This document shows positions 1-12,056 of a DNA stretch of 32,000 nt, piece after piece; the stretch's first letter is position 1, and every line of letters begins with the position of its first letter. Origin of the DNA: Magnetococcales bacterium. Lineage in GTDB: Bacteria > Pseudomonadota > Magnetococcia > Magnetococcales > JADFYX01. A program made the position numbers and the translations under genes. The notes beneath the pieces were generated by a model that was given only the letters and a program-made list of their open reading frames with translations, was not told the DNA's origin and did no database searches. The stretch is from assembly GCA_002753565.1 (NCBI GenBank), contig PEAM01000033.1:5944-37943 (forward strand), read 5' to 3'.

Positions 1-15
1 GCGAGTGTTCGACAT
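1..15 (-). CDS. rpsE: probable 5' end of 30S ribosomal protein S5 gene (only 5 codons, MSNTR..., lie in the window)
   Basis: ATG at 15 (minus) is preceded by AGGAG with a 5-nt spacer. spc-operon order predicts rpsE right after rplR. The fragment is too short to verify by sequence. Confidence 0.3.
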
Positions 16-125
16 TGCTGCTCCTAATAATCCTTATTTTTATGAACTCGTTGATCTTATCATGAGGAAAAATACCAACACGAACAATCAAACGTCACTT
101 TCACATCAAAAAATTTTGATTTGCA

Positions 126-494
126 TCAAAAATCAAGACCACCTTCTCTCGCAGCTTCTGCAAGAACCCGCACCCGACCATGATAGAGAAATCCTCCCCG
201 ATCGAATACGACAGCGCTGATTTTTTTCTCCAAAGCTTTTTTGGCAATCAACTTTCCAACCGCAATGGCTGCGTCTTTGTTACCACCACTTTGGATAGAA
301 TCCTTGATCTCTTTTTCAAGAGTCGAGGCTGAAGCCAGTGTACGGCCTTGTGTATCATCAATAATCTGCGCGTAGATATTGCATGAACTACGATAAATGG
401 AAAGACGCGGGCGATCCTGCCTAACCTGGCGAATCTTGTAGCGTACTCGCTTGCCTCTAGCCTTACGTGAACTTTGTCGATCCTTCGCCATCAC
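126..494 (-). CDS. rplR: 50S ribosomal protein L18
   Basis: 122-aa ORF with a basic N-terminus and L18-typical motifs (LSIYRS...[20 protein letters not shown]). Position matches spc-operon synteny. Confidence 0.96.
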   Translation of the reverse strand: MMAKDRQSSRKARGKRVRYKIRQVRQDRPRLSIYRSSCNIYAQIIDDTQGRTLASASTLEKEIKDSIQSGGNKDAAIAVGKLIAKKALEKKISAVVFDRGGFLYHGRVRVLAEAAREGGLDF

Positions 495-509
495 TTCATC
501 CTCTCACAG

Positions 510-1043
510 TTACTTCTTCTTGCCTTCTTTTCTAAGAATGTACTCACCTTCGTAACGGATTCCCTTACCCTTATAAGGCTCAGGTGGTCGATATTGACGA
601 ATTTCAGCACAAACTTGACCAATCACCTCAGGGTCAATGCCCTTAACGATGACTCTCGTATTTTTCTCTACAACCACCTCAATTCCATCAGGAAGAAGGT
701 AGTTGACCGGATGGGAAAAACCCAGAGTAAGTTGAAGTGACCTTCCACTTACTGCTGCTCTATAACCAACACCATTAATTTCAAGGACTTTCTCAAAACC
801 CTCGGAAACACCTTTAACCATGTTATTAAGCAGGGCTCTTGAAAGCCCCCAAATGGCAGTGTTTGCACGGTTACTGGCAGATGGCTTGACAACAACGGTC
901 TCATTTTCAATCTCAATCAGAACATTACTGTGAAAGTCACGGCTTATAGAGCCAAGCTTTCCTTTAACGTGAACATTCTGTTTATTGATTTTAATCTCCA
1001 CACCGCTCGGTATGGTTACCGGATTTTTACCAATTCGACTCAT
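510..1043 (-). CDS. rplF: 50S ribosomal protein L6
   Basis: 177-aa ORF starting MSRIGKNPVTIPSGV and ending PEPYKGKGIRY. Synteny agrees. Confidence 0.97.
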   Translation of the reverse strand: MSRIGKNPVTIPSGVEIKINKQNVHVKGKLGSISRDFHSNVLIEIENETVVVKPSASNRANTAIWGLSRALLNNMVKGVSEGFEKVLEINGVGYRAAVSGRSLQLTLGFSHPVNYLLPDGIEVVVEKNTRVIVKGIDPEVIGQVCAEIRQYRPPEPYKGKGIRYEGEYILRKEGKKK

Positions 1044-1057
1044 TATCTATCTCTAAC

Positions 1058-1456
1058 CTAGAAGAGTGTGCAGATTACTTCACCACCAAGACCAAGCTTA
1101 AAAGCCTCTTTTCCCGACATCATTCCCTTGCTTGTCGAGAGAATGGTGATGCCAAGTCCCTGATAGACACGGGGAATATCATTTCTGGAGACATATCTCC
1201 GTCTACCTGGTTTAGAGATCCGGGTAATCTCCTCAATAACAGACTGGTTTTGATAATATTTCAACTTAAGTCGAAAATATCTTTCACCCTGTACTGCTTC
1301 AGGTTCCACCATCTCTTCAACATACCCTTCCGACACCAAAATCTTAGCAATACTCACTTTGACTTTAGAAGCAGGTATATCCACATGGGACTTGCGAACA
1401 AGTTGAGCGTTTCGAATTCGAGTCAACATATCGCTGACTGGATCGGTCATTCCCAT
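1058..1456 (-). CDS. rpsH: 30S ribosomal protein S8
   Basis: 132-aa ORF with MTDPVSDMLTRIRNA near the N-terminus. Synteny agrees. Confidence 0.97.
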   Translation of the reverse strand: MGMTDPVSDMLTRIRNAQLVRKSHVDIPASKVKVSIAKILVSEGYVEEMVEPEAVQGERYFRLKLKYYQNQSVIEEITRISKPGRRRYVSRNDIPRVYQGLGITILSTSKGMMSGKEAFKLGLGGEVICTLF

Positions 1457-1536
1457 TTATGATACTCCAAAAAATTTGGCTCAATCAGCCACTTTATTCT
1501 AACTTAATCGACTAAAACGTCACACATATACTCAGG

Positions 1537-1722
1537 TTACCAAGATGCCTTAACAACTCCTGGTACATGACCATCTAAAGCCATGGTACGGAAGCAGATA
1601 CGGCACAAGGTAAATTTACGAATATACCCTCTTGGCCTGCCACACCGCGCACATCTATTATAAGCACGAACAGCATATTTAGGTTTCCGCTTCCACTTAG
1701 CTACTATCGATTTCTTTGCCAT
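1537..1722 (-). CDS. rpsN: 30S ribosomal protein S14, short type-Z zinc-ribbon form
   Basis: 61-aa ORF with CxxC...CxxC (CARCGRP...CRICFR) and a KASW C-terminus. Synteny agrees. Confidence 0.96.
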   Translation of the reverse strand: MAKKSIVAKWKRKPKYAVRAYNRCARCGRPRGYIRKFTLCRICFRTMALDGHVPGVVKASW

Positions 1723-1746
1723 GAGATACTCTTTTCCTCAATACTA

Positions 1747-2286
1747 TCAGCTAATGAATGGCATGCTAAATCCTCGTAACAAGGACTTAGCTTCTGCATC
1801 ATTGGTTGCTGTTGTCACGATTACGATATCCATTCCTCGTACCGCATCGACCTTGTCATAATCAATTTCTGGAAAAATGATCTGTTCTTTGATTCCCAAA
1901 GCATAGTTGCCGCGACCATCAAAGGATTTACCGGAAACTCCACGGAAATCACGGACTCGAGGCAATGCCGTATTGATCAGACGGTCAAGAAATTCATACA
2001 TTTTGTCACGACGAAGGGTCACCTTACAACCAATAGGTTGTCCATCCCGGATCTTAAACCCAGCAACAGACTTTTTGGCTTTGGTGATAATCGCACTCTG
2101 TCCTGATATGGCCGTCATATCGGAGACCGCTCCATTTAGAGCGTTCTTATCCGAAATGGCTTCACCCACCCCCATATTGATGACAATTTTTTCCAACTGC
2201 GGTACCTGCATGACATTTTTGTACGAGAACTCTTTTACGAGTGCGGGTACAACAGTTTTTTTATAATGATCTCTTAATCTTGTCAT
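1747..2286 (-). CDS. rplE: 50S ribosomal protein L5
   Basis: The ORF is open to 2328. I chose the ATG at 2286 because it gives the canonical N-terminus [20 protein letters not shown] and has AGGAATAGGAAG upstream. Confidence 0.95.
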   Translation of the reverse strand: MTRLRDHYKKTVVPALVKEFSYKNVMQVPQLEKIVINMGVGEAISDKNALNGAVSDMTAISGQSAIITKAKKSVAGFKIRDGQPIGCKVTLRRDKMYEFLDRLINTALPRVRDFRGVSGKSFDGRGNYALGIKEQIIFPEIDYDKVDAVRGMDIVIVTTATNDAEAKSLLRGFSMPFIS

Positions 2287-2370
2287 CTTCCTATTCCTAA
2301 TTGATACAGACTGGTCCTGATACAGCACAACTTAGTGTGCGCCGATCCGGTATTGAAAAAAAGTAGTTGA

Positions 2371-2700
2371 CTACTTGTCCAACACCTCACCTGAGCCCGC
2401 AGCACTACGAACCTTACGTCCATCTTCCAGGACTTTGTGAGAAATTCTCACACCTTTACCACTTACTGTCTCATAAAACATCACATTGGATATATGAATC
2501 GGTGCCTCTTTTTCGACAATGCCGCCTTCATTTTTCTGATCCTGCTTGGTGTGACGTTTCATCATGTTGACATTCTCAACAAGAACCGAACTCTTTTTCG
2601 GTAGCATTTTAAGAATGCGGCCCTGCTTACCTTTATCTTTACCTGTCCGAACAATGACAGTATCGCCTTTTTTAAGGCTGGTTTTAAAGTTCTTATTCAT
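2371..2700 (-). CDS. rplX: 50S ribosomal protein L24
   Basis: 109-aa ORF with the KOW-type motif [18 protein letters not shown]. Synteny agrees. Confidence 0.96.
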   Translation of the reverse strand: MNKNFKTSLKKGDTVIVRTGKDKGKQGRILKMLPKKSSVLVENVNMMKRHTKQDQKNEGGIVEKEAPIHISNVMFYETVSGKGVRISHKVLEDGRKVRSAAGSGEVLDK

Positions 2701-2749
2701 TCTTGATTCACCTGTTTGCTTTTCAGCAAAAGATCTAATTCAGTAGTTC

Positions 2750-3118
2750 CTAGAGTACTTCAGGAGCCAGAGATATGATCTTCATATAATTACGACTTCT
2801 CAACTCTCTGGTAACCGGCCCGAAAATTCTCGTTCCGACTGGCTCTCCCTGAGCGTTGATCAGCACGGCCGCATTCGTATCAAAACGAATGTAACTGCCA
2901 TCATCCCGATTAATCTCTTTTTTGGTCCGAACAACCACAGCCTTGGCAATATCACCCTTTTTGACCTTACCTCGAGGAATCGCCGATTTTACAGATACTG
3001 CAATCACATCACCGACACGAGCATAACGTCGTTTGGAACCGCCAAGAACCTTGATACATTGAATTTTCTTGGCTCCCGAGTTATCGGCAACATCAAGAAC
3101 GCTCTCAACTTGAATCAT
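2750..3118 (-). CDS. rplN: 50S ribosomal protein L14
   Basis: 122-aa ORF starting [18 protein letters not shown]. Synteny agrees. Confidence 0.97.
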   Translation of the reverse strand: MIQVESVLDVADNSGAKKIQCIKVLGGSKRRYARVGDVIAVSVKSAIPRGKVKKGDIAKAVVVRTKKEINRDDGSYIRFDTNAAVLINAQGEPVGTRIFGPVTRELRSRNYMKIISLAPEVL

Positions 3119-3354
3119 GTCGTTGCTCCTTCCAACACCATCCAGCGTTTCTGCTTGCTGATGGGATTACACTCTTGAATCTTGACGACATCGCCTTCAT
3201 GAAAAGCATTATTAGGATCATGGGCTTTGTAGCGTTTGGAGCGTTGCATGATTTTACCGTACAGGTTGTGTTTGATTTTTCGATCAACCCGAACGACAAC
3301 CGTCTTCTCCATTTTGTCGCTGACCACGACGCCCTGCAAAATACGTTGGGCCAT
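3115..3354 (-). CDS. rpsQ: 30S ribosomal protein S17
   Basis: 79-aa ORF ([18 protein letters not shown]). It overlaps the rplN start by 4 nt. Confidence 0.96.
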   Translation of the reverse strand: MAQRILQGVVVSDKMEKTVVVRVDRKIKHNLYGKIMQRSKRYKAHDPNNAFHEGDVVKIQECNPISKQKRWMVLEGATT

Positions 3355-3356
3355 GG

Positions 3357-3560
3357 TTAAGCCTCCTCTTCCTGTGCTTTTCTGGCACTCACAATCGTCT
3401 TGATTCTTGCGATATCCTTCTTGACACGGGATATCATTGCCGTATTCTCTAGCTGAGCTGTTGCATTTTGAAAGCGCAGCTTAAAAGCTTCCTGGTTCAA
3501 CTCTTCCATCTTTGCAGACAACTCTTCACTAGACATTTCCCGAATCTCAGATGCTTTCAT
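3357..3560 (-). CDS. rpmC: 50S ribosomal protein L29
   Basis: 67-aa ORF ([27 protein letters not shown]). Its start shares one base with the rplP stop (TGATG). Confidence 0.95.
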   Translation of the reverse strand: MKASEIREMSSEELSAKMEELNQEAFKLRFQNATAQLENTAMISRVKKDIARIKTIVSARKAQEEEA

Positions 3561-3979
3561 CAGGCTGTCCTCCGAAGATTGACAAATTTGGTCGGTATAG
3601 GAAGTTTCGCGGCTGCTCTCGCCATGGCATCTCTTGCCAACTCTTCAGAAACACCCTCCATCTCATAGAGAATGCGACCAGGTTTGACACGAGCAATCCA
3701 ATACTCAACGTTACCTTTACCCTTACCCTGACGGACTTCAGCTGGCTTGCTGGAGACAGGTACATTGGGGAACATTCGAATCCAGATACGTCCACCTCTT
3801 TTGATGTGACGTGTCATGGCGCGACGAGCTGCCTCAATTTGTCGACCTGTAATCCGACCTGCTGACATGGCTTTCAAACCATACTGGCCAAAAGTCAATT
3901 CTGATGCTTTATAGGCCAATCCGTGAATTCGGCCTTTGTGGGCCTTACGGTATTTTGTTCTTTTAGGTTGCAACAACAT
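3560..3979 (-). CDS. rplP: 50S ribosomal protein L16
   Basis: 139-aa ORF starting [17 protein letters not shown]. Synteny agrees. Confidence 0.97.
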   Translation of the reverse strand: MLLQPKRTKYRKAHKGRIHGLAYKASELTFGQYGLKAMSAGRITGRQIEAARRAMTRHIKRGGRIWIRMFPNVPVSSKPAEVRQGKGKGNVEYWIARVKPGRILYEMEGVSEELARDAMARAAAKLPIPTKFVNLRRTA

Positions 3980-3991
3980 GGGAATCTACCC

Positions 3992-4633
3992 TCAGCTCAT
4001 CTTGTCCTTATCTATGATCTCACCTTTGAAGACCCAAACTTTAACGCCAATGATTCCGTAGGCGGTAAGGGCTCTTGAGAGACCATAATCTATGTCAGCA
4101 CGCAAGGTGTGAAGAGGAACTCTTCCCTCACGATACCACTCTACACGTGCAATCTCACCACCACCCAACCGTCCCGAGCAGTTGATCCGAATACCCTCTG
4201 CTCCCAACCGCATGGCAGAAGTAACAGAGCGCTTCATGGCTCGGCGAAAAGCAACCCGACGAATTAATTGCTGAGATATGCTATCGGCAATCAACTGGGC
4301 GTCTGCTTCCGGCTTCCTAACCTCAACAATGTTGAGTTGAACCTCGGTATTGGCTATTTGGGAAATATCGTTTTTAAGCTTCTCGATATCTACCCCCTTC
4401 TTGCCAATAATAATTCCAGGCCGCGCCGAATGAATGTTGATCCGTGCTTTCTTGGCTGGGCGCTCGATAATAATTTTGGATACACTTGCATGTTCCAATC
4501 TCGCATGCAGCCATTTACGCAACTTGTCGTCCTCAAGAAGCAGGCTTGCATAACTTTTATCTGCATACCAACGATTGTCCCACGTCTTGGTTACCCCGAG
4601 ACGAAAGCCGACTGGATGTACCTTCTGGCCCAT
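3992..4633 (-). CDS. rpsC: 30S ribosomal protein S3
   Basis: 213-aa ORF starting [13 protein letters not shown], with a KH-domain region. Synteny agrees. Confidence 0.97.
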   Translation of the reverse strand: MGQKVHPVGFRLGVTKTWDNRWYADKSYASLLLEDDKLRKWLHARLEHASVSKIIIERPAKKARINIHSARPGIIIGKKGVDIEKLKNDISQIANTEVQLNIVEVRKPEADAQLIADSISQQLIRRVAFRRAMKRSVTSAMRLGAEGIRINCSGRLGGGEIARVEWYREGRVPLHTLRADIDYGLSRALTAYGIIGVKVWVFKGEIIDKDKMS

Positions 4634-4667
4634 TTATCACTACTCCATCTTTTTTTCAGGCGATACC

Positions 4668-5003
4668 CTAGTCAACTGATCTGACTGCCAGGGTAACATG
4701 TGATGTTCTTTTCAAAATTCGGCTTGCTCGTCCTCTTGCCCGGGGACGAAAACGTTTCAATGTCGGGCCTGAATCCACAAAGGCTCTTGATACAATCAGG
4801 GTATCAACATCCATTCCATGGGTATCTTCTGCATTGGCTACCGCAGATTTCAGGATATCCTGTACATATTTAGATGCACGTTTCTTGGAGAACTGAAGCA
4901 CTTGTAGTGCTGATTCTACATTCAAACCGCGGATCTGATCTATGATAGGTCTCACCTTTGTCGGTGATACTCTAAGATTTTTTAGTGATGCTATCGCTTC
5001 CAT
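4668..5003 (-). CDS. rplV: 50S ribosomal protein L22
   Basis: 111-aa ORF (RVSPTKVRPIIDQIRG...GPTLKRFRPRARGRA). Synteny agrees. Confidence 0.96.
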   Translation of the reverse strand: MEAIASLKNLRVSPTKVRPIIDQIRGLNVESALQVLQFSKKRASKYVQDILKSAVANAEDTHGMDVDTLIVSRAFVDSGPTLKRFRPRARGRASRILKRTSHVTLAVRSVD

Positions 5004-5015
5004 TAAACCGACTCC

Positions 5016-5291
5016 TTAGCGACCCGCTTTCTTATCACCAGCGTGGCCATGATAGGTCCGCGTTGGTGAAAATTCGCCTAGCTTATGTCCAACCATATTC
5101 TCTGTAACCAGCACAGGAATAAATTTTCTTCCATTATGAACGCCGAAGGTAAATCCGACGAAATCTGGAATGATGGTAGATCTTCTAGACCAGGTCTTTA
5201 CCAACTCTTTGCGACCATCTACCCGCATTTTTTGTACACGAGTTAGCAAAAACTCATCGTAAAATGGACCTTTTTTAATTGACCGTGCCAC
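5016..5291 (-). CDS. rpsS: 30S ribosomal protein S19
   Basis: 91-aa ORF starting [10 protein letters not shown], with GHKLGEF later. Synteny agrees. Confidence 0.97.
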   Translation of the reverse strand: MARSIKKGPFYDEFLLTRVQKMRVDGRKELVKTWSRRSTIIPDFVGFTFGVHNGRKFIPVLVTENMVGHKLGEFSPTRTYHGHAGDKKAGR

Positions 5292-5330
5292 ACATCACCT
5301 CATTTTCAAGAAACTTGACTTTGTACTCTT

Positions 5331-6152
5331 CTAGCGGCGTCGCATGATCAAACGATCAGACGATTTACCTTTTTTACGAGTCTTCTTGCCTTTTGTCGGA
5401 ACACCCCATGGGGTTACCGGATGGCGTCCACCAGAGGTTCTACCCTCACCACCGCCATGAGGATGATCAACTGGATTCATTACAACACCACGAACCGATG
5501 GACGAAAACCTTGCCATCTGGTACGGCCTGCCTTACCCAGTTTGATGTTACCGTGGTCTGAGTTGGATACAAAACCAATGGTAGCTCGGCAATCCAATAA
5601 GACCATACGCATCTCACCTGATGGTAATTTGATCTGTGCGTACTTTCCCTCTTTACCCATCAACTGAACAGAGTTGCCGGCGGATCGAGCGATCTGTCCA
5701 CCCTTCTCCGGTTTCAACTCAACGTTGTGTACGATGGTGCCAACAGGAATACTTCGTAAAGGCATCGCATTGCCGGGTTTAACCTCGACACTCTTTCCAG
5801 AGACCAACTCATCACCCGCTGCAACACGTTGGGGGGCCAATATATACCGTTTTTCCCCATCTGCATAGTGCAATAACGCAATAAAAGCCGTTCTATTCGG
5901 ATCATACTCAATGGAAGCAACTCGACCTACCACGTCAAATTTATCCCGCTTGAAATCGATGATACGATACCTTCTCTTGTGGCCACCACCACGATGACGT
6001 ACCGTCATCCGACCGTAGTTATTACGGCCACCTTTTTTGGTGATGCCTTCAAGAAGGCTGGACTCAGGCCTGACATTGGACAACGTCGAGTAGTCAACAG
6101 AAACCTGAGTTCGTTTCCCGTTTGACGTTGCTTTATAATTTTTCAATCCCAT
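5331..6152 (-). CDS. rplB: 50S ribosomal protein L2
   Basis: 273-aa ORF with [19 protein letters not shown] and [14 protein letters not shown]. Confidence 0.97.
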   Translation of the reverse strand: MGLKNYKATSNGKRTQVSVDYSTLSNVRPESSLLEGITKKGGRNNYGRMTVRHRGGGHKRRYRIIDFKRDKFDVVGRVASIEYDPNRTAFIALLHYADGEKRYILAPQRVAAGDELVSGKSVEVKPGNAMPLRSIPVGTIVHNVELKPEKGGQIARSAGNSVQLMGKEGKYAQIKLPSGEMRMVLLDCRATIGFVSNSDHGNIKLGKAGRTRWQGFRPSVRGVVMNPVDHPHGGGEGRTSGGRHPVTPWGVPTKGKKTRKKGKSSDRLIMRRR

Positions 6153-6182
6153 TTCTTCGCTCCCGCTTACCGTTCATCCAAC

Positions 6183-6482
6183 CTACGCGCCGGCAAAGAA
6201 GTCGATGCTTTGACCCTCTTTAAGACGAACGATTGCCTTTTTCCAATCATTCCTACGGCCATTAGTTTGACCAAACCGTTTACTCTTACCTTTGATATTC
6301 ATGGTTTGGATCGAAACAACTTCGACCTTAAACAATTTTTCAACGGCAGCCTTGACCTGCTTTTTATTAGCCCCTTTGGCAACTCGAAAAACAACCTGGT
6401 TACCTTGTTCGTTACAGAGAGTAGACTTCTCCGTTACCTTGGGCGCAGATAAGATATTATATAAGGAGTATTGATCACTCAT
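6183..6482 (-). CDS. rplW: 50S ribosomal protein L23
   Basis: 99-aa ORF. Its start overlaps the rplD stop by 4 nt (6479-6482). Synteny agrees. Confidence 0.95.
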   Translation of the reverse strand: MSDQYSLYNILSAPKVTEKSTLCNEQGNQVVFRVAKGANKKQVKAAVEKLFKVEVVSIQTMNIKGKSKRFGQTNGRRNDWKKAIVRLKEGQSIDFFAGA

Positions 6483-7102
6483 GCCAATTTCTCTTCAATC
6501 TTTTTTAAGGCTGATTCTGTAACGATTAAGTTCTCATGGGCCAATAGATCGTAAGCATTCACACCCTCTACCAGACATACTTTGATTCCAGGTATGTTTC
6601 GGCTGGACAGTGCAATCTTCTCATCCATCTCATCTAATACGATGATGGCCGACTTACCAACACCTAAATCACCAAGAATCTTAACCATCGACTTTGTGCT
6701 GACAGCCTCCAGAAGGAGACTCTCCAAGACAATCATTTCGGAACTATCAGCCTTTAAAGAGAGCGCTGTTTGCAATGCTAGACGACGCTCTTTCTTCAAC
6801 ATTTTAATTGAAAAATCCCGAGGACGTGGTCCAAACACAACACCACCGGAACGAAACTGGGGTGCACTGACGGTACCTTGCCGCGCATTACCTGTCCCCT
6901 TCTGACGGTAAGGTTTGTGACCGCCACCACGAATTTCTGAACGTCCTTTTGTGGAAGCAACACCACTTCGACGTGCAGCCAGCTGATAACCGACGATGCG
7001 GGAGAGAAGATCTTTTCTGATCTCTCTGCCAAACACAGCATCACTCAGCTCAATCCGCTTAAGCTCCTGGTTTGCAATATCTTTTACAGAATAATCAATC
7101 AT
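6479..7102 (-). CDS. rplD: 50S ribosomal protein L4
   Basis: 207-aa ORF with GGGHKPYRQKGTGNARQG. Confidence 0.96.
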   Translation of the reverse strand: MIDYSVKDIANQELKRIELSDAVFGREIRKDLLSRIVGYQLAARRSGVASTKGRSEIRGGGHKPYRQKGTGNARQGTVSAPQFRSGGVVFGPRPRDFSIKMLKKERRLALQTALSLKADSSEMIVLESLLLEAVSTKSMVKILGDLGVGKSAIIVLDEMDEKIALSSRNIPGIKVCLVEGVNAYDLLAHENLIVTESALKKIEEKLA

Positions 7103-7116
7103 TTTACTGTCTCTGG

Positions 7117-7758
7117 CTATTGTGCAGCACTTCTTAATGAGTCGCGAACATAAACGACGGAACCTTTGGCGCCAGGAATACTTCCCTTAACGACAAGGAG
7201 ATTCTTTTCCACATCGATAGAAGCTACCTTCAAGTTGAGTATTGTTTGCGTATCAACACCCATATGTCCGGCCATCTTCTTGTTTTTATACACCCTACCA
7301 GGAGTCTGACACTGACCGATAGATCCTGGAGAACGGTGAGTACGGTGGGCACCGTGAGAAGCACGCCCTCCTCTAAATCCCCAACGCTTCACACTACCGG
7401 CAAATCCTTTACCGATGGTCTTCCCAGTTACATCGACCAGATTATCAACCGCATAATTTTCTACGGTTAAAGTCTGACCTACCTCATAACTTTGAGAGCT
7501 GTCTACCCTGAACTCACGAAGCACTTTTTTTACCGGAACATTAGCCTTAGCAAAATGGCCCTTTACCGGTTTTTGTGCTCGCGTGGGCTTGACATCTTCA
7601 AAACCAAGCTGGACGGCATTATAGCCGTGCTCTGCCTCGTTTTTCAGCATCACCACAGGACAGGGTCCTACCTGCAAAACCGTAACCGGTATCGCTTCAC
7701 CCTGTTCTGTAAATATACGCGTCATGCCGAGTTTCCGGCCTATTATTCCCGAGCGCAT
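7117..7758 (-). CDS. rplC: 50S ribosomal protein L3
   Basis: The ORF is open to 7812. The ATG at 7758 gives the canonical start MRSGIIGRKLGMTRIF and has AAAGGA 7 nt upstream. Confidence 0.95.
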   Translation of the reverse strand: MRSGIIGRKLGMTRIFTEQGEAIPVTVLQVGPCPVVMLKNEAEHGYNAVQLGFEDVKPTRAQKPVKGHFAKANVPVKKVLREFRVDSSQSYEVGQTLTVENYAVDNLVDVTGKTIGKGFAGSVKRWGFRGGRASHGAHRTHRSPGSIGQCQTPGRVYKNKKMAGHMGVDTQTILNLKVASIDVEKNLLVVKGSIPGAKGSVVYVRDSLRSAAQ

Positions 7759-7821
7759 TGAATAATCCTTTCCATAATACTTATTCGACATTATGACAGT
7801 CGAAGTCATCAAGCCTTAATA

Positions 7822-8130
7822 CTAAAGCTTGATCTCTACATTAACGCCAGCAGCCAGATCCAACTTCATCAATGCATCTACAGTTTGCGGAGTTGGATTA
7901 ATTATATCAATTAATCTCTTATGTGTCCGAATCTCAAACTGTTCACGTGATTTTTTGTCTACGTGCGGTGAACGAAGCACCGTATAACGATTGATTTTAG
8001 TCGGTAGTGGAATTGGCCCACGGATCTCGGCACCAGTACGGCGGGCTGTTTGCACAATCTCACCCGTCGACTGATCTAGAATCCGGTGGTCGAATGCCTT
8101 CAACCGAATACGAATCTTCTGGTCATCCAT
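7822..8130 (-). CDS. rpsJ: 30S ribosomal protein S10
   Basis: 102-aa ORF ([15 protein letters not shown]...[14 protein letters not shown]). Confidence 0.97.
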   Translation of the reverse strand: MDDQKIRIRLKAFDHRILDQSTGEIVQTARRTGAEIRGPIPLPTKINRYTVLRSPHVDKKSREQFEIRTHKRLIDIINPTPQTVDALMKLDLAAGVNVEIKL

Positions 8131-8185
8131 CCCGTTTTACCCCGACACTTTCCCAAAACATCTTAATCTTACACAATACCGTATG

Positions 8186-9376
8186 TTAGCCTAAAACTTC
8201 AGCAACAACCCCGGCACCTACCGTACGACCGCCTTCACGAATAGCGAAGCGCAAACCTTTCTCCATCGCAATCGGTGCGATCAAGTCCACATCCATGGAG
8301 ACATTGTCACCAGGCATAACCATCTCCGTCCCCTCCGGCAGAGTCAAAATGCCGGTTACATCCGTTGTACGGAAGTAAAACTGTGGACGATAGTTACTAA
8401 AGAATGGCGTATGACGCCCACCCTCTTCTTTAGTCAATATATAGCATTCAGCCTTGAACTTCTTGTGCGGTGTGATAGAACCCGGCTTAGCAAGCACCTG
8501 TCCACGCTGAACATCTTCTCTCTTGGTTCCTCGAAGCAAAACTCCAACATTGTCTCCGGCTTCACCCTGGTCTAGAAGCTTGCGAAACATCTCAACGCCG
8601 GTACAGGTAGTAACGGTCGTATCGGTCATCCCGACAATCTCAAGACTCTCACCCACTTTGACTACACCACGCTCAATTCGGCCCGTTACAACGGTTCCAC
8701 GGCCGGAGATGGTAAACACATCCTCAATCGGCATCAAAAAGGCGCCATCCAGTGCTCGCTCAGGTTGTGGAATGTAGTTATCCACCTCCTCCATCAATTT
8801 CTTGATGGAAGCTGCACCCATCTCCTCTTCGGAACCCTCAAGGGCTTTCAACGCAGAGCCAACGACGATGGGAATGTCGTCTCCTGGAAAATCATACTCA
8901 GAGAGCAACTCACGAATCTCAAGCTCGACCAACTCCAACAGCTCAGGGTCGTCAACTTGATCGGCCTTGTTCATATAAACAACCAGTGCCGGTACACCAA
9001 CCTGACGGGCCAGCAGAATGTGCTCACGTGTCTGGGGCATGGGACCGTCTGCTGCAGAGACAACCAGAATGGCGCCATCCATCTGGGCTGCACCGGTAAT
9101 CATGTTCTTGATGTAATCCGCATGGCCCGGGCAGTCAACATGGGCATAGTGACGGCTCTCGGTTTGATACTCAACATGGGCTGTTGAGATGGTAATGCCA
9201 CGCTCACGCTCTTCTGGAGCTGCGTCAATCTGGTCATACGCCTTAAACTCGGCGCCACCTGATTCTGCCAAAATCTTGGTAATGGCTGCTGTTAATGTGG
9301 TCTTACCGTGATCAACGTGACCAATGGTACCGACGTTAACATGCGGTTTAGAGCGATCAAATTTTTCTTTAGACAT
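8186..9376 (-). CDS. tuf: elongation factor Tu (str-operon copy)
   Basis: 396-aa ORF with [17 protein letters not shown] and NKAD GTPase motifs. It lies downstream of fusA. Confidence 0.98.
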   Translation of the reverse strand: MSKEKFDRSKPHVNVGTIGHVDHGKTTLTAAITKILAESGGAEFKAYDQIDAAPEERERGITISTAHVEYQTESRHYAHVDCPGHADYIKNMITGAAQMDGAILVVSAADGPMPQTREHILLARQVGVPALVVYMNKADQVDDPELLELVELEIRELLSEYDFPGDDIPIVVGSALKALEGSEEEMGAASIKKLMEEVDNYIPQPERALDGAFLMPIEDVFTISGRGTVVTGRIERGVVKVGESLEIVGMTDTTVTTCTGVEMFRKLLDQGEAGDNVGVLLRGTKREDVQRGQVLAKPGSITPHKKFKAECYILTKEEGGRHTPFFSNYRPQFYFRTTDVTGILTLPEGTEMVMPGDNVSMDVDLIAPIAMEKGLRFAIREGGRTVGAGVVAEVLG

Positions 9377-9386
9377 TTTATTCCCC

Positions 9387-11465
9387 TCAGCCCTTTAATT
9401 TTGCCACGATCTCTGCTGCAATGGCTTCTGGAACCTGTTCATAGTGGTCGAACTGCATGCTAAACGTTGCCCGACCTTGGGTTTGAGAACGAAGATCTGT
9501 TGCATAACCGAACATGTTCGCCAAAGGAACCATTGCTTTAACCAACTGACTACTACCAACTGCATCCATTCCCAGAATCTGACCGCGTCGAGAGTTCAGG
9601 TTGCCAATGATATCACCCATGTACTCTTCAGGCACTTCAACCTCGACCGACATAACAGGCTCCAAGAGTACCGCTCCGGCACGAAGACAACCAGCCTTGA
9701 TCGCCATGGAACCAGCCACCTTAAAGGCCATTTCATTGGAGTCAACATCATGGTAGGAACCGTCGTAAAGGGTAACCTTGACATCTACAACTGGAAAGCC
9801 AGCCTTAACACCACCCAGAAGCGTCTCTTCAACACCTTTATTGACCGGCTGAATATACTCTCTTGGTACCACGCCGCCTTTAATCTCATCGACAAACTCA
9901 TACCCGGCACCTGGCTCCTGAGGCTCAATCTTCAACCAGACATGACCGAATTGACCACGACCACCCGATTGACGTACAAAACGCCCCTCTTGCTCGACGG
10001 TCTTGGTGATGGTCTCGCGGTAGGCTACCTGAGGCTGACCAACATTGGCATCAACATTGAACTCACGCATCATGCGGTCAACCAAAATTTCCAGATGCAA
10101 CTCACCCATACCAGAAATAATGGTCTGGTTGGTCTCATGATCGACTTCAACGCGGAATGAAGGATCTTCCTTGGCCAACCGACCTAAAGCCGTACTCATT
10201 TTCTCTTGGTCGGCCTTGGTTTTTGGTTCAATGGCAATCGAGATAACAGGCTCTGGAAAATCCATTTTTTCCAAAATGATCTGCTTATCCGGGTCGCACA
10301 GTGTATCACCAGTTGTCGTATACTTCAACCCAACTGCAGCAGCAATATCTCCAGCACGGACCTCTTTTACATCTTCACGCTTGTTAGCATGCATCAGCAT
10401 AATGCGACCAACGCGCTCTTTTTTACCCTTAACAGGGTTGATAACGTAAGAACCGGACTCCAACACACCAGAGTAGACCCTGAAAAAAGTAAGAGAGCCC
10501 ACAAATGGATCAACCATGATTTTAAAGGCCAGCGCGGAAAAAGGCTCATCATCCGAGGCTTTTCTGCTGTCTGGCTTTTCACTATCTACCTTAAGACCCT
10601 CCACATCAGCTGTATCAGTGGGCGAAGGAAAATAGCTGACAACGGCATCGAGCAGTGGTTGAACACCCTTATTCTTAAAGGCAGACCCGCACATAACCGG
10701 GACAAAAGCGTTATTAAGAACAGCCATGCGAATACATTTCTTGAAGGAGTCGATACTAATCTCTTCCCCCTCAAGATATTTTTCCATCAAGGCATCATCT
10801 TGCTCAAGAGCGGTCTCCAGCAGTTTTTCCCTGTACTCTTCGACAGCATCCTGCATATCGGCGGGAATTTCAACAAGATCAAACTCAGCACCCAGACCAT
10901 CTTCGTGAAAGATCATCGCTTCACGTGTTACCAAATCAATCATTCCTCGGAAGTCGTCTTCTGCTCCGATAGGAAGTTGAAGTGGGAGAGCATTGGCACC
11001 AAGTCGATCACGCATCATCTCGACAACACGCAAAAAATCGGAACCCATGCGGTCCATTTTATTTACAAAGGCAATACGGGGAACATGATAACGGTCTGCT
11101 TGACGCCACACTGTCTCAGATTGCGGCTGTACACCACCTACTGAACAGAAAACCGCAACCGCACCATCCAGAACACGCAGCGAGCGCTCTACTTCGATGG
11201 TAAAGTCGACGTGACCAGGCGTATCAATGATATTGACACGATGATCTTTCCAAAAACAGGTTGTTGCAGCGGAAGTGATGGTAATACCACGCTCCTGCTC
11301 CTGCTCCATCCAGTCCATTGTTGCCGCACCGTCATGTACTTCACCAATCTTATGCGAACGACCGGTGTAATAAAGAACACGCTCAGTTACCGTCGTTTTG
11401 CCGGCATCAATATGAGCCATAATACCAATATTACGGACTCGATCGAGTGGTATTTCCCTAGCCAC
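9387..11465 (-). CDS. fusA: elongation factor G
   Basis: 692-aa ORF with [17 protein letters not shown] and NKMD motifs. Synteny agrees. Confidence 0.98.
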   Translation of the reverse strand: MAREIPLDRVRNIGIMAHIDAGKTTVTERVLYYTGRSHKIGEVHDGAATMDWMEQEQERGITITSAATTCFWKDHRVNIIDTPGHVDFTIEVERSLRVLDGAVAVFCSVGGVQPQSETVWRQADRYHVPRIAFVNKMDRMGSDFLRVVEMMRDRLGANALPLQLPIGAEDDFRGMIDLVTREAMIFHEDGLGAEFDLVEIPADMQDAVEEYREKLLETALEQDDALMEKYLEGEEISIDSFKKCIRMAVLNNAFVPVMCGSAFKNKGVQPLLDAVVSYFPSPTDTADVEGLKVDSEKPDSRKASDDEPFSALAFKIMVDPFVGSLTFFRVYSGVLESGSYVINPVKGKKERVGRIMLMHANKREDVKEVRAGDIAAAVGLKYTTTGDTLCDPDKQIILEKMDFPEPVISIAIEPKTKADQEKMSTALGRLAKEDPSFRVEVDHETNQTIISGMGELHLEILVDRMMREFNVDANVGQPQVAYRETITKTVEQEGRFVRQSGGRGQFGHVWLKIEPQEPGAGYEFVDEIKGGVVPREYIQPVNKGVEETLLGGVKAGFPVVDVKVTLYDGSYHDVDSNEMAFKVAGSMAIKAGCLRAGAVLLEPVMSVEVEVPEEYMGDIIGNLNSRRGQILGMDAVGSSQLVKAMVPLANMFGYATDLRSQTQGRATFSMQFDHYEQVPEAIAAEIVAKLKG

Positions 11466-11525
11466 TGTATTCCCCTGTCAAAGAACGATACTCAAACTAC
11501 ATAATTAAAACAAAAAAAACAAAAC

Positions 11526-12008
<483 letters not shown>

Positions 12009-12056
12009 TTACTCTGCTTTTATCTGACAATTAGACTGATATAAAATGGCCGTGAA

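Noticed and set aside
5-220. 71-aa plus-strand ORF at the left edge
   Set aside because: It overlaps rplR in antisense and runs through the A+T-rich spacer. It has no SD and a low-complexity sequence.
1747-2328. N-terminally extended versions of rplE (to 2328), rplC (to 7812), rplK (to 23492), the YbjN-like gene (from 27366), the GrlR-like gene (from 29105), the 113-aa ORF (to 30040) and the second Nu1-like gene (to 30866)
   Set aside because: In each case an internal ATG gives the canonical family N-terminus and/or has a clear SD, while the extension adds non-homologous residues.
10206-11144. 312-aa plus-strand ORF antisense to fusA. Similar ORFs are 9444-10160 (+, antisense to fusA), 13724-14533 (+, antisense to rpoC) and 16803-17861 (+, antisense to rpoB).
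   Set aside because: They lie entirely opposite highly conserved genes. Their composition is odd and low-complexity, with no SD and no recognisable family. Long antisense ORFs are a common by-product of codon bias in such genes.
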